From: Kiritimatiellia bacterium
Lineage (GTDB): Bacteria; Verrucomicrobiota; Kiritimatiellia; RFP12; UBA3636
Reading direction: 5' to 3'
NCBI GenBank assembly: GCA_017648065.1
Contig: JAGCJJ010000092.1
Location: 1-57,328 of the forward strand
DNA: 57,328 nucleotides
Shown: positions 48,058 to 57,328 of the stretch, piece after piece
Layout of the letters: every line of letters begins with the position of its first letter
How positions within the stretch are numbered: position 1 is the stretch's first letter
The notes under the pieces: generated by a model
What the model was told of the DNA's origin: nothing
Database searches by the model: none
Seen by the model: the letters and a program-made list of their open reading frames with translations, nothing else
Made by a program: the position numbers and the translations under genes

Positions 48058-49052
48058 AAACAAAAGTACTCCTTTACTCTTTGAGTTAATATTGCAGGTT
48101 CTTTATAAAAGCTATTCCAATTAAAACGAGAAAGCAAATCACCAGGATCAAGCTCTTCTCCAAATTCAGCCCAGCCACACCACCATGCAAGAATGCCTAC
48201 TACTTGCTTTGGAGTAAAACCTTTCTCACGTAACATAGCAATTCGTGTATCGCCATGACGCTTAGCTAAACGCCGTCCATCTTCAGCAACAACAAGTGGC
48301 ACATGAATATATTGTGGAGAATAAAAATTTAATGCTCTTTGAAGGATAATGTGAGAATGAGTTGCTTCTAGCAAATCATCACCTCTTAAAACCTCGGTTA
48401 CCCCCATCAGATAATCATCTATTACATGAGCAAACGTATAACCAGCTCCATTTTGCTCACGAGCCAGGGCAAAATCTCCAATATCTAGCTGATAATCAGC
48501 AATGCTTTCTCCACAAAGCAAATCATTGAAGCTTGTTGTTCCTTGCTTTTCAAGCTTAAATCGCCATACAGGAAGCCTACCCTCACCTAATATATTTGTG
48601 GCAGAGTCCCAATCTGCAAAACGCCCTCTACATGTCCCATTATAAATTAAGCGTTGATCTTCACGATGCGGAGCACTTTGTACATTTTCTATTTCATTAC
48701 GAGAACAAATACAAGGGTAAACTAAATTTTGCTCAATAAGTTGCTGAAGATATTCTCGATATATTTCTTTACGATTCGATTGGATATACTCTTTTTCATC
48801 AGTATCAGGTCCTGCATCCCAATCTAGGCCAAGCCAATGCAAATCATCAAGTGCCGCCTTTGTCGCCCATGGCTTTACCTTTGGATGATCAAGATCCTCC
48901 ATACGAACAATCAATCGGCCATTACGAGAACGAATACTAAGCCATGCTAACAGAAAGCTTCGAGCATTCCCTAAATGTAATGCACCTGTAGGGCTAGGAG
49001 CTAAACGGCCCACTATAGGTGTTATATTTTTTGATGATTCGACAGCATTCAT
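48054..49052 (-). CDS. gluQ: Glutamyl-Q tRNA(Asp) synthetase (ATG at 49052)
   Basis: GRLAPSPTGALHLGN, RMEDLD, YPCICSR..YNGTCR, V.RGDDLL, RLAKRHG; lacks the GluRS anticodon-binding domain. Confidence 0.9.
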   Translation of the reverse strand: MNAVESSKNITPIVGRLAPSPTGALHLGNARSFLLAWLSIRSRNGRLIVRMEDLDHPKVKPWATKAALDDLHWLGLDWDAGPDTDEKEYIQSNRKEIYREYLQQLIEQNLVYPCICSRNEIENVQSAPHREDQRLIYNGTCRGRFADWDSATNILGEGRLPVWRFKLEKQGTTSFNDLLCGESIADYQLDIGDFALAREQNGAGYTFAHVIDDYLMGVTEVLRGDDLLEATHSHIILQRALNFYSPQYIHVPLVVAEDGRRLAKRHGDTRIAMLREKGFTPKQVVGILAWWCGWAEFGEELDPGDLLSRFNWNSFYKEPAILTQRVKEYFCL

Positions 49053-49095
49053 TGTGTGCAAAAATACAGCAGTATAACTACAAATTACTCAAATC

Positions 49096-50496
49096 TTACT
49101 CTTGATAGAAAACATAAGCACCAGTTGGAATATTCTTTTCATCCATATCTGCACCTGAAGTAAGAGTACCTTTTTTTGAATTAAAATAATATGTGTCAGG
49201 CATATTCCACTTTAATCCACATATATTAAAGACTGGTTTTTTTGAAGAAATTGGTCCACCAACTTTGTAACCTACTAATACAAATGAACCTTCTGGTAAT
49301 GCTTCAAGCTTCTTAATTGTTTGCTGACTACCTCTTAAATAATAGCCTTTTTTATTAGATGGGAAATAAAATGTTGTACCAGCAAGTATTTCATCTCCTG
49401 TTATATCGTGAACACTTCCATCCTTACCTATCTCCATTAAAGTAACATCAGGATTTTCGCTTCCCTCTCCACCACCAATTTCTACACGTGTTCCTTCTGG
49501 CATTGACTTCCATTTTTTTACCTCTTTTCCCGTTTTTGTAGAGCCATCTGGGAAATGATAAATTGTATCTGCTGAATTATACAAATCTCGTGCAATATCC
49601 CATGCAGAACGACCTGGGCCAATAATATTGCTTGGAAGTTTGAATACAAATGGTTGAGTTGTTGTAGTAAGCACTACAGGTGTCTGTGACTTTGTTTGTG
49701 TAACTTGATTTGTAACTACATACGATCCAGAAGGTTGTACAACAGTTTTATCAACAACAGGTATCGTTTCCTTTTGTGTTTTAGGAGTACTAGCTTTCTT
49801 TGGGCGAGAATACAAAATTTTTGACAGCTCTGTATCTGCATCCACTAAGCGTCCTGCACGCACATCAGGGTCAAACAAAGGCTTTGATTTAAGACCTAAC
49901 TTTAATCTATTTTCTGGCTTTGCCAGGAGCATACCACAACGCTTTCTTCCACGATGTTTACGCTTTTGCCAACGATTAGGATTTCCATATGCAACCATTG
50001 AATGCGTAAGCACCCTGTCATCACTAATTGCATAGGTAGTTTTTAATTCTGAAATCAAGCGTCTCAAAGATTCGTATTGTGCCTTGGTAATTTCTTTATC
50101 ATGGTAGCCGGCTATCTCAATTCCAATAGACATCGAGTCTAAACCTGTTTGGCCGTTCCACATGCTGACGCCTGCATGGTAAGCTATACGATTTTTATCA
50201 ATAATCGTATATATTTTACCATCCTTGTCTACCATATAATGACATTCGCCATTTTTACTAAGTTTTTCCAATGCTCCTCTTGCAGATCCCTCAGTAGTAT
50301 GCAAAATAATAAATTTTGTTACACGACGATATTTTCTTGTAACATTTTTGGGGCTGCGATAACTCTTTATCACAAATACTGGTTTATTATTTGTGGGAGC
50401 AGCTACTAGTTCTTGCGGCAAAAAAAACAGATGGGCAGAAATAGCAAAAAGAATAATGCTCCAATAGCATCTAAAAAATTGCTTTAATCTACCCAT
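49096..50496 (-). CDS. Exported N-acetylmuramoyl-L-alanine amidase (Amidase_2) with C-terminal repeats
   Basis: N-terminal signal/TM segment; IILHTTEG, HYMVDKDG, AYHAGVSMW, SIGIEI, THS...RKRCG; Thr/Gln-rich linker; three repeats of about 55 aa. Confidence 0.85.
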   Translation of the reverse strand: MGRLKQFFRCYWSIILFAISAHLFFLPQELVAAPTNNKPVFVIKSYRSPKNVTRKYRRVTKFIILHTTEGSARGALEKLSKNGECHYMVDKDGKIYTIIDKNRIAYHAGVSMWNGQTGLDSMSIGIEIAGYHDKEITKAQYESLRRLISELKTTYAISDDRVLTHSMVAYGNPNRWQKRKHRGRKRCGMLLAKPENRLKLGLKSKPLFDPDVRAGRLVDADTELSKILYSRPKKASTPKTQKETIPVVDKTVVQPSGSYVVTNQVTQTKSQTPVVLTTTTQPFVFKLPSNIIGPGRSAWDIARDLYNSADTIYHFPDGSTKTGKEVKKWKSMPEGTRVEIGGGEGSENPDVTLMEIGKDGSVHDITGDEILAGTTFYFPSNKKGYYLRGSQQTIKKLEALPEGSFVLVGYKVGGPISSKKPVFNICGLKWNMPDTYYFNSKKGTLTSGADMDEKNIPTGAYVFYQE

Positions 50497-50513
50497 CTCT
50501 ATGCTTTCACATA

Positions 50514-50542
50514 CACTCTGCCACGCATAATGTGGCAGAGTG
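50514..50542 (-). terminator. Hairpin after gpmI (terminator or RNA-stabilising stem)
   Basis: 11-bp perfect inverted repeat cactctgccac / gtggcagagtg; weak U tract. Confidence 0.6.
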
Positions 50543-50551
50543 AGTAATTAA

Positions 50552-52102
50552 TTAAGCCAATAGGCTCTTTGATGTCATATCTGCAGGTATTTCAATACCC
50601 ATTAGGTCAAGTACTGTAGGTGCAATATCTGACAAAATACCTTCCTTGCGTAGCTTTACACCTTCTGCATCATTTGCTACATAAATGCAGTCAACAAGAT
50701 TTAGAGTGTGGCTTGTCTTTGTCATGCCTGTCTCATAATCTACCATCTGATCAGCATTACCATGATCAGCTGTGATTAGAATCTTAGCATCAAGCTCTAG
50801 CAAGCGCTTTACTACCTTACCAACACACTCATCAACAATTTCTACTGCCTGACGAGCAGCATCAAAATCACCTGTATGACCAACCATATCGCAGTTTGCA
50901 AAGTTAACAGCAATAAAACCATACTCGTTATTTTCCAAACGCTTTAGTAGGTCCTCTGTTACTGTATAAGCATCCATCTCTGGGTGGCTAGCAAAAGTAG
51001 CTGGGTCAAAGCGGCTAGGAATATTTACCTGATCTTCGCCATCATATGGCTTTGTTGACTTACCATTGAAGAAGCTTGTAACATGGCGGAACTTCTGAGT
51101 TTCAGCAATACGTAGCTGACGTACACCAGCCTTGCTAATTACCTCACCTAGAAGGTTATCCATGCCACCACCTGCGCCCATAGCGCCAAGTAGGTAATCT
51201 TCAAACTCATCCCAGTAACGTGTAAAGCCTAGATATGCAATACGTGGGCGAACACTGCGTGTTCCCTCATAATCATCACAAACAAATGCCTGTGTTAGCT
51301 GAATTGCACGATCCTGACGATAGTTTGTATGCATTACAACATCGCCATCCTTGATACCTGCATAATCACCGATTACATATGGAACAATGTACTCATCTGT
51401 CATCTCAACGCCATCTGGTGTCTTGTCATTATCATAAGACTCCTTAACTGCGCTAACTGCATCTGCAGCCTTACGGCCAACTGCTGCAACCAATGTCTCA
51501 TAAGCCTGGCTTGTTAGCTCATAATTGCGAGAGCGGTCCATTGCATAATAGCGGCCCATTACTGTACCAATCTTACAATTACCGATTGCTTCCATTTCCT
51601 TCTGTAAGCGGCCGATATACTCTAGAGTACTGCGTGGTGGTGTGTCACGACCATCTAGGAATGGGTGAACAATAATCTGACCCTCAGCCCATGTCTGGCG
51701 TGCACGACGCATTAGCTTAAATAGATGCTCCTGATGAGCATGTACACCTTCGTCCTGCAATAGGCCTAGGAAATGTAGGCTGCCTTTGCCATCCATCCAA
51801 GCCTTCATAAAGCCCTGCCACTTCTCTGTTTCAAACAAAGAACCACTGCTCAAGCCATCATCAATACGCTTTAGCTCTTGAACAACTATACGGCCAGCAC
51901 CCATATTTAGATGACCAACCTCGCTTGAACCCTGATAACCATTTGGCAAGCCTACTGCTTCACCGCAAGCATCAAGAAATGCCCAAGGAAATTTTGCCTT
52001 ATATGAATCAATATTTGGTGTATTAGCGGCTGCTACAGCGTTACCTTCTGTCTTATCATTAACGCCCCAACCATCACGAATAATCAATGCTACTGGTCTC
52101 AT
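50552..52102 (-). CDS. gpmI: 2,3-bisphosphoglycerate-independent phosphoglycerate mutase
   Basis: IRDGWG, GSSEVGHLNMGAGR, LDGRDTPP, GRYYAMDR, AETQK..HVT.FFNG, NCDMVGHTG, TADHGNA, SHT. Promoter-like TTGAAA-N17-TAGAAT at 52145-52173. Confidence 0.96.
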   Translation of the reverse strand: MRPVALIIRDGWGVNDKTEGNAVAAANTPNIDSYKAKFPWAFLDACGEAVGLPNGYQGSSEVGHLNMGAGRIVVQELKRIDDGLSSGSLFETEKWQGFMKAWMDGKGSLHFLGLLQDEGVHAHQEHLFKLMRRARQTWAEGQIIVHPFLDGRDTPPRSTLEYIGRLQKEMEAIGNCKIGTVMGRYYAMDRSRNYELTSQAYETLVAAVGRKAADAVSAVKESYDNDKTPDGVEMTDEYIVPYVIGDYAGIKDGDVVMHTNYRQDRAIQLTQAFVCDDYEGTRSVRPRIAYLGFTRYWDEFEDYLLGAMGAGGGMDNLLGEVISKAGVRQLRIAETQKFRHVTSFFNGKSTKPYDGEDQVNIPSRFDPATFASHPEMDAYTVTEDLLKRLENNEYGFIAVNFANCDMVGHTGDFDAARQAVEIVDECVGKVVKRLLELDAKILITADHGNADQMVDYETGMTKTSHTLNLVDCIYVANDAEGVKLRKEGILSDIAPTVLDLMGIEIPADMTSKSLLA

Positions 52103-52210
52103 TAAAACTCCTTCAGTATAAATTTAATGTAAAAATTGTGGTTAATTCTAACAAAAATATGATTTTTTTTCAATTTGAAAAGGTCTTAGAAAATGAAATT
52201 ATAAATGTCA

Positions 52211-53533
52211 TTAAAATTCAAATTTCAACACCTTAACACCATAAGTGTCAACATCACTCCAATCTACGCCCTCAAGATATGGACCACTCCACATTTCAAA
52301 GGATAGTTCCTTACCTGTTCGCAAATCTGTTATGCGCTTTGGCACATAACCAGCTGTCTCAAACAAAGCAAATCCTTTAAGTGGTGTCTGTGTCACTAGC
52401 ACATAAAATGTGTTTGGATCATCGTATGGTGTTGTGATTGAGCAAAAACCAATACTATTATGGTGATCAAAGTAGCCTGGTGTCATAATTGTAGCCTCAG
52501 CACCCTTTGTATTGTAAATAGCTTCGCTACCCCACTCCAAGAAATCTTTGATGCGCTTCAAGGATGGCTTTAGCTCTTCTGGAACAGTTCCATCAATTAA
52601 AGGGCCAATACCAGGGGCAAAATTCCACATGCCACGCTGACCCATTGCACAGCAAAATTCACGCAATAAGAAAAATTCATCATTTTTATATTCTGGCTTA
52701 ATCTTATCAGGGCCATTCCACCACCAATAGTTTGGTGTAGGAATATCCTCATTAAAGTCACGACGTGGTGGAGTTGCTCCCCAACGACCATTTCTACGAT
52801 AGCCACTCCATCTATTGTATGGAGGAGAGCAAGGGTCTTCATGCTCCTCAGATGTTCCATAATCTGTATCTGGAACATCTAGCTCTGCAGCAGCATTATT
52901 TGTAATGATAAAATCATCACCCCACAATGAGCGAATATATCCTGGGATACGTTCCATACCAAACTCTGGACGTCCATCAAGCCATAAACCAGCAAGTGCT
53001 TTGCCATAGCGATCATAAATTTCCTTAATCAGTTCACACAACAGAGTGTAGTATGCAGGATATCCGCCCTTACCAACCTCTGGATCAATACATGGAGCAT
53101 ATGGCTCTTGATCCCAACCACCAAAGCCCATTGGGAGATATAGGAATGGCTTAATTCCACGCTCGTTACATGCTTTGATAAATTCACCAACATAATCACC
53201 CTTTGTCTTGTAATAGAAAGTAGCATTATTTGTTGGGAATAAAACTGTCAAAGCATCACCTGTGTGAATTGCTGTCAAAATAGCATATTTCGCACCTACA
53301 TCCTTTGCTGCCTGGGCAAGATTAACACCTACTGCCTCTGGGCCTGGAGTTGCTGCTTCAAACTCCTCAGGCGTTGAATACATCATTTTGCCATTATAAA
53401 TATCATCTTCAACAACTACAGAGCAGCCACCACCTGTAAATAAACCATAGTGGTAAAACATACCGAAACGTGCTGGAGCAAACCATTTCATTGCACGCTC
53501 TAAACGAGCCTTATGAGTATCTGATAATTGCAT
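52211..53533 (-). CDS. Divergent GH29 alpha-L-fucosidase-like protein (no signal peptide)
   Basis: WF..ARFGMFYHYGL, AKDVGAKYAILT, DYVGEFIKAC..GIK..LY, LWLDG (nucleophile), GP..DGTVP, EAIYNT. Confidence 0.75.
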   Translation of the reverse strand: MQLSDTHKARLERAMKWFAPARFGMFYHYGLFTGGGCSVVVEDDIYNGKMMYSTPEEFEAATPGPEAVGVNLAQAAKDVGAKYAILTAIHTGDALTVLFPTNNATFYYKTKGDYVGEFIKACNERGIKPFLYLPMGFGGWDQEPYAPCIDPEVGKGGYPAYYTLLCELIKEIYDRYGKALAGLWLDGRPEFGMERIPGYIRSLWGDDFIITNNAAAELDVPDTDYGTSEEHEDPCSPPYNRWSGYRRNGRWGATPPRRDFNEDIPTPNYWWWNGPDKIKPEYKNDEFFLLREFCCAMGQRGMWNFAPGIGPLIDGTVPEELKPSLKRIKDFLEWGSEAIYNTKGAEATIMTPGYFDHHNSIGFCSITTPYDDPNTFYVLVTQTPLKGFALFETAGYVPKRITDLRTGKELSFEMWSGPYLEGVDWSDVDTYGVKVLKFEF

Positions 53534-53706
53534 ATTTCTCTTCCTTGAACAAAATAAATATTAAAACTCAAAAGAACCAAAATTGACTCTTTATTTATAT
53601 GGTAATATTAACAAATATCCGTCATAAAACAAAAGAGAAAAAGAATAAAAAATATATCTAAAAAACAATTTTCATTAAAATACTACAAAAAACAGCAATA
53701 ATATTA

Positions 53707-54675
53707 CTATTTTTTCCGATTGGCTCTAAAATCTCTGACTGCACGCACTAACCATAATGGCAGATGCTCTACAAGAAAGCAATAGGTACCATGCTTAATT
53801 TGTGCACAAATACGTGCCCAACGTGTACGCTTCAAGTATTCAGGTGTTACCTTAAAAATATATTTCTCAAACTTATCTTGATTTTCTAAAATATATTTTG
53901 GAAATGTATTATCCAAAGGAATACAGAAAAAACGCTGCCAATCAAATGGTGTCTTACCTTCAGAAATCAGCTTTTCAATACTCTGCTCTGTTACTCCATC
54001 AACATTAAATTCCTGATGTGCGTAGGATTTTAGTTTATGCAATACAGCGGCAGCTCCACCTATACTTGTGAAATGCCAGCCTGCATGGCGTAGCTTACGC
54101 ATAGGAATCTCACGAGCACAACGAATTTTAGTAGGCGTCGTTCCTTGATTATATTCCTCAAGCATAAAGCGATTATACTCAACCTTAACATTATCTGCGA
54201 TTGAGAAAAAATTATCGTATGAAAGTAGTTTTGTTCCTTGCCAATAATACTCCATCACATTACGGGCATTCAAATAAAAGCAATAGTAATCGTTATAGAA
54301 TGTTGTCATCCCAGCGGCACCAGCATACTTTGCTACTAGTTCTGGGCGTGGAATCTCGTCAATATCTGAAAGAAGAATTGTATCTCCGGATTTTGCATGT
54401 TGCTTCACTACTTCTGCAATATAATTGCGTTGGAGATTTTCTAAAATCCATGAATCATCTGCTTGAGGAAGTGTTTCTAATTTTGCATAAATAATTTTAT
54501 CTTCAAAGCGAGAAAAACGAGCACGATTCTCCTCAAAATAAAATGGTTTTTCTAAACCAGAGTGTGTTTTACTTGCTTCTACAATTATAAAGCGATCAAC
54601 AACTGGACTTAGCAATTCCAGGCGTAGCTCTAAAAGCTCTAGCTCATTAAAAAATGTAAAGCAATCAAAAATCAT
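53707..54675 (-). CDS. GT17 family (MGAT3/GnT-III-like) glycosyltransferase
   Basis: IFDCFTFFNELELLELRL, VDRFIIVEA..THSG..KP, ENLQRN, LSDIDEIP, GWHFT, KLKSYAHQE. Confidence 0.85.
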   Translation of the reverse strand: MIFDCFTFFNELELLELRLELLSPVVDRFIIVEASKTHSGLEKPFYFEENRARFSRFEDKIIYAKLETLPQADDSWILENLQRNYIAEVVKQHAKSGDTILLSDIDEIPRPELVAKYAGAAGMTTFYNDYYCFYLNARNVMEYYWQGTKLLSYDNFFSIADNVKVEYNRFMLEEYNQGTTPTKIRCAREIPMRKLRHAGWHFTSIGGAAAVLHKLKSYAHQEFNVDGVTEQSIEKLISEGKTPFDWQRFFCIPLDNTFPKYILENQDKFEKYIFKVTPEYLKRTRWARICAQIKHGTYCFLVEHLPLWLVRAVRDFRANRKK

Positions 54676-54690
54676 AAAAGAAAAGTTGAG

Positions 54691-55503
54691 CTAGCGGTTC
54701 TTCAGATAGACAATGCCCACACGCACTCTCTCTACCATCACCATTGTAAATAATATTGGATGGCGAATAATCTTTAGCCATTTCCAATTCTCAACAAACA
54801 CCCAAAAGAAACGATACCACACGCCGAGCTGCTTTCGGATAATTTTATCATTATTCCACTTCTCGCGATATGCAGCCATCTTCTGCGTATAATACGCTTT
54901 CTTTTCAAGCATCTTTTCTGTGGACAACAGCTTTTCGTTATGAATCAACTCGCCTTTTGTCAATGCCACATTTTTAGTGACAGCTAAGATACGTCTGTCA
55001 ATATCCCAATCTTCCGGACCGACAAGTGCTTCATCATAGCCACCTATTTGAAGAAAGAGCTCACGCTCAAATAAACGCAGTCCATCTATACATGTGGCAT
55101 TGTAAAAACTGCGCTCAAAATTACGAGCCCTTGCACGCAATCCCTTTCCTACGCGATGCTCACGAATATACATCGCAGAAGGAGGTTTCTCTGAATTGCA
55201 GCATGCAAGAAGCTCTTGAAGAGTTGCCTCTGGCAATATCATATCTGCATCCAAAAATAACAGATATTTTCCAGAGGCTTGTTGTGCTCCAAAATTACGT
55301 TGTGTGGAGCGCTCAGGACCAATAGAAAAAACGCGTGCGCCAAATTCGTTTGCAATAGCTAATGTATCATCCTCAGAGAAATTATCCACAACAATTAACT
55401 CACAAGACCCTGCCACCAATTGCTCTGCAAATGGTGTACAGCAATTAGCTATATTTGCTTGCTCATTTTTTGTTGGGATAATTACACTAATAATTGGTTG
55501 CAT
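54691..55503 (-). CDS. GT2 family glycosyltransferase
   Basis: ISVIIPTKNE, IVVDNFSEDDT, GPERSTQRNFGA, LFLDADM, GGYDE..EDWD. Confidence 0.9.
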   Translation of the reverse strand: MQPIISVIIPTKNEQANIANCCTPFAEQLVAGSCELIVVDNFSEDDTLAIANEFGARVFSIGPERSTQRNFGAQQASGKYLLFLDADMILPEATLQELLACCNSEKPPSAMYIREHRVGKGLRARARNFERSFYNATCIDGLRLFERELFLQIGGYDEALVGPEDWDIDRRILAVTKNVALTKGELIHNEKLLSTEKMLEKKAYYTQKMAAYREKWNNDKIIRKQLGVWYRFFWVFVENWKWLKIIRHPILFTMVMVERVRVGIVYLKNR

Positions 55504-55549
55504 TTTGTTTTAGAAACAATTAGCTATTACTTGTGGCACACGCTTTTTA

Positions 55550-56716
55550 TTACTTTAGAATTTCTAGTTCAACACCTAGTAGGCTTGCAATATTCTTTGC
55601 AAGAACTGTGTTATCAATTTCGCCAGCAAATAATTCTGCGCCAGGACCAAATGCATATACAGGAACATTTGCTGCTGAGTGAGAACCAGAATTATATGTA
55701 ATTGTCATCTCCTTATCATCGCGAGAAGAAGCAGAGATGCTGCCAGTTTCATGGTCTGCTGTTACGATTACAAGAGTATCCTTATTCTTGTTAGCAAAAT
55801 CAACAGCTGCCTTAACTGCGATATCCATATGTATTGTTCCTAGAACTGTCTTTGATGGGTCATTACCATGTCCACCCTTATCAGGATAGCAGCACTCAAC
55901 CATCATAAAGAAACCATTAGGATTCTTCTCTACACGAGCAATAGATGCATTCATAAATTCAGCAACAGATGTTTCCTTATCCAGGAATTTGCTATCTAGG
56001 TGAGCAATGACCTTCTTATCTGCTGGAGCAGCTTCAAACTCACTCATACCTTCTGTGATAACATGTGTATCTGCAATCTTTGCAACTACTGCTGCGTTAT
56101 CTTTGTTACATAGCCATTTAAGTGTATTATTACCACCGAGAACTACATCAAATTTACAATCCATCAAATCTGTTAAGATTCCACCAAAATCGTGGCGAGA
56201 TGGTTTGTGAGCAAAAAATGCAGAAGGAGTTGCTCCTGCAATACTATCAGAAGTAATAATAGCGATAGCCTTACCTTTTTCATTGCTTAGGGTAGCATAT
56301 GATTTCAGAGGAACAAAGTTTGTGCCTTCTTCAGACTTAACAGTTCTTCCACCGATATTGCCATTATTAACCTTATTACCTGTTGCCATAGCAGTTGCAG
56401 CTGCAGCAGAATCTGTTACACCACTGTTAAGAGAGCGAGTCTTTAGCATACCTTTAACAGGTAGTTGCTCCATAAATAGTTTACCATTTTCACCATGAAT
56501 ATAAAGTGATGTTGCATTAAATGCACCAGAACCCATACCATCGCCAATTAAAAGAATGATATTTTTTGGCTTTGCACCAGCTTCTACTGCTGCAGGAACA
56601 TCATTCGCAGAATATTTTAGGCCTTCATACTTACCTAGCTCAATTTTCTTGTCGTTTGCTGCAAATGCAAAAGCACAAAAAGAAGTTAAAACAACTGTTG
56701 AAATAAATTTATTCAT
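55550..56716 (-). CDS. Secreted alkaline phosphatase (PhoA family)
   Basis: Signal peptide; NIILLIGDGMG, VTDSAAAATA (catalytic Ser), ATPSAF, MVE...DKGGH.ND, VTADHETG, SHS..V.VYAFGP. Confidence 0.9.
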   Translation of the reverse strand: MNKFISTVVLTSFCAFAFAANDKKIELGKYEGLKYSANDVPAAVEAGAKPKNIILLIGDGMGSGAFNATSLYIHGENGKLFMEQLPVKGMLKTRSLNSGVTDSAAAATAMATGNKVNNGNIGGRTVKSEEGTNFVPLKSYATLSNEKGKAIAIITSDSIAGATPSAFFAHKPSRHDFGGILTDLMDCKFDVVLGGNNTLKWLCNKDNAAVVAKIADTHVITEGMSEFEAAPADKKVIAHLDSKFLDKETSVAEFMNASIARVEKNPNGFFMMVECCYPDKGGHGNDPSKTVLGTIHMDIAVKAAVDFANKNKDTLVIVTADHETGSISASSRDDKEMTITYNSGSHSAANVPVYAFGPGAELFAGEIDNTVLAKNIASLLGVELEILK

Positions 56717-56739
56717 TTTTACTTATCCTTTAAACAACA

Positions 56740-56780
56740 AATGGCATTTCTATCATTGAATAACGCGTAGAAACACCATT
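56740..56780 (-). terminator. Terminator-like hairpin after rubredoxin
   Basis: Minus strand aatggtgtttcta ... tagaaatgccatt (13 bp including two G-U pairs), followed by tgttgttt. Confidence 0.55.
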
Positions 56781-56813
56781 CTTTTTCAATTTTATAATAA
56801 TTTTAATAATTAA

Positions 56814-56975
56814 TTATTCTGCCTTTGAAAAATCACCTTTTCCAACGCCACATACTGGGCATACCCAATTCTCTGGGATATCCTCAAATTTTGTTCCAGC
56901 AGCGATACCGCTATCAGGATCACCTACCTCTGGGTCATAGATATAACCACAAATATTGCAAACATATTTATCCAT
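56814..56975 (-). CDS. Rubredoxin (53 aa; absent from the supplied ORF track)
   Basis: Hand translation [53 protein letters not shown]; two CxxCG knuckles; strong SD taaggaggt. Confidence 0.97.
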   Translation of the reverse strand: MDKYVCNICGYIYDPEVGDPDSGIAAGTKFEDIPENWVCPVCGVGKGDFSKAE

Positions 56976-57328
56976 AATTTTACCTCCTTAGAGACATTTC
57001 TTTAATAAAACATTAAATTAACGGGACCTTCGTTCTAACGAATATTTTACCAAAAACAAAATATCAAAATCAACACATAACAAAAAAATATCACACATCG
57101 GAGTTTGTCATAGTAAATGAATCCAGAAAGAAAAATGTAAAGTACAAAATAACACCCATTTGCTCAAATGCTAGACACTTTGGTAAAACAGAAAAAACAA
57201 TCTTTTGAAAGTCAACAGCCAAATATATCAGAATCAAGAAAAAGACACCAATCTTCAAATAAACTAAAAGAGTCACATAAATATATTAAAGATATAGACA
57301 ATTAACGTAAAAATGTAAATAAACAACC

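Noticed and set aside
55382-55390. Perfect DnaA box TTATCCACA
   Set aside because: A single copy inside the GT2 coding sequence; no box cluster or origin-type gene context.
57091-57328. 61-aa hydrophobic ORF at the window end, possibly a frameshifted membrane-protein tail
   Set aside because: All three minus-strand frames contain a stop within the last ~55 nt and no family motif is visible. It cannot be supported without upstream sequence.
1-57328. CRISPR array, IS/transposase, prophage, retron or other defence locus
   Set aside because: No regularly spaced direct repeats, and no transposase, integrase, reverse transcriptase or phage proteins recognised by eye.
1-57328. Stop-codon or sense-codon reassignment
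   Set aside because: Conserved genes are full length under code 11, ending in TAA, TAG or TGA at expected positions, and CTA occupies conserved Leu sites.

Overview
AT-rich chromosomal backbone of an anaerobic, fermentative diderm bacterium, most likely a gut or rumen member of the PVC superphylum (Kiritimatiellia/Lentisphaeria-like). This placement is an inference from the murD-LysM-ftsW synteny, the large secreted beta-strand/Gly-rich proteins, and the heptose and Wzm/Wzt genes. The window holds about 38 CDS, one tRNA-Pro(TGG), and several intrinsic terminators and sigma70-type promoters. Functions present: acetate and PPi energy metabolism (pta, ackA, ppdK, gpmI, CBS-PPase), sugar handling (galM, araA, GH127-like, GH29-like, GHL10, CBM9), envelope (murD, ftsW, LysM lipoprotein, amidase, hldA, gmhB, wzm/wzt, GT2, GT17, GT-C), tRNA-related enzymes (miaB, gluQ, DUF523) and a rubredoxin missed by the ORF track. 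I found no transposase, integrase, prophage or CRISPR array. The leads most worth following are: (1) a membrane pseudokinase that has lost all three catalytic motifs and heads an operon with a GT-C glycosyltransferase; (2) a GH127-like protein whose Zn/Cys catalytic motifs appear replaced by Ser; (3) a short C-terminal G-x-hydrophobic-R/K tail on secreted proteins, a candidate sorting signal; (4) unassigned structured intergenic RNA-like elements at about 8.9 kb, 13.05 kb and 31.8 kb; (5) an amidase with three unrecognised C-terminal repeats; (6) strong CTA-Leu codon preference; (7) Clostridia-like araA and ppdK. All assignments come from motif recognition by eye; no searches were run.
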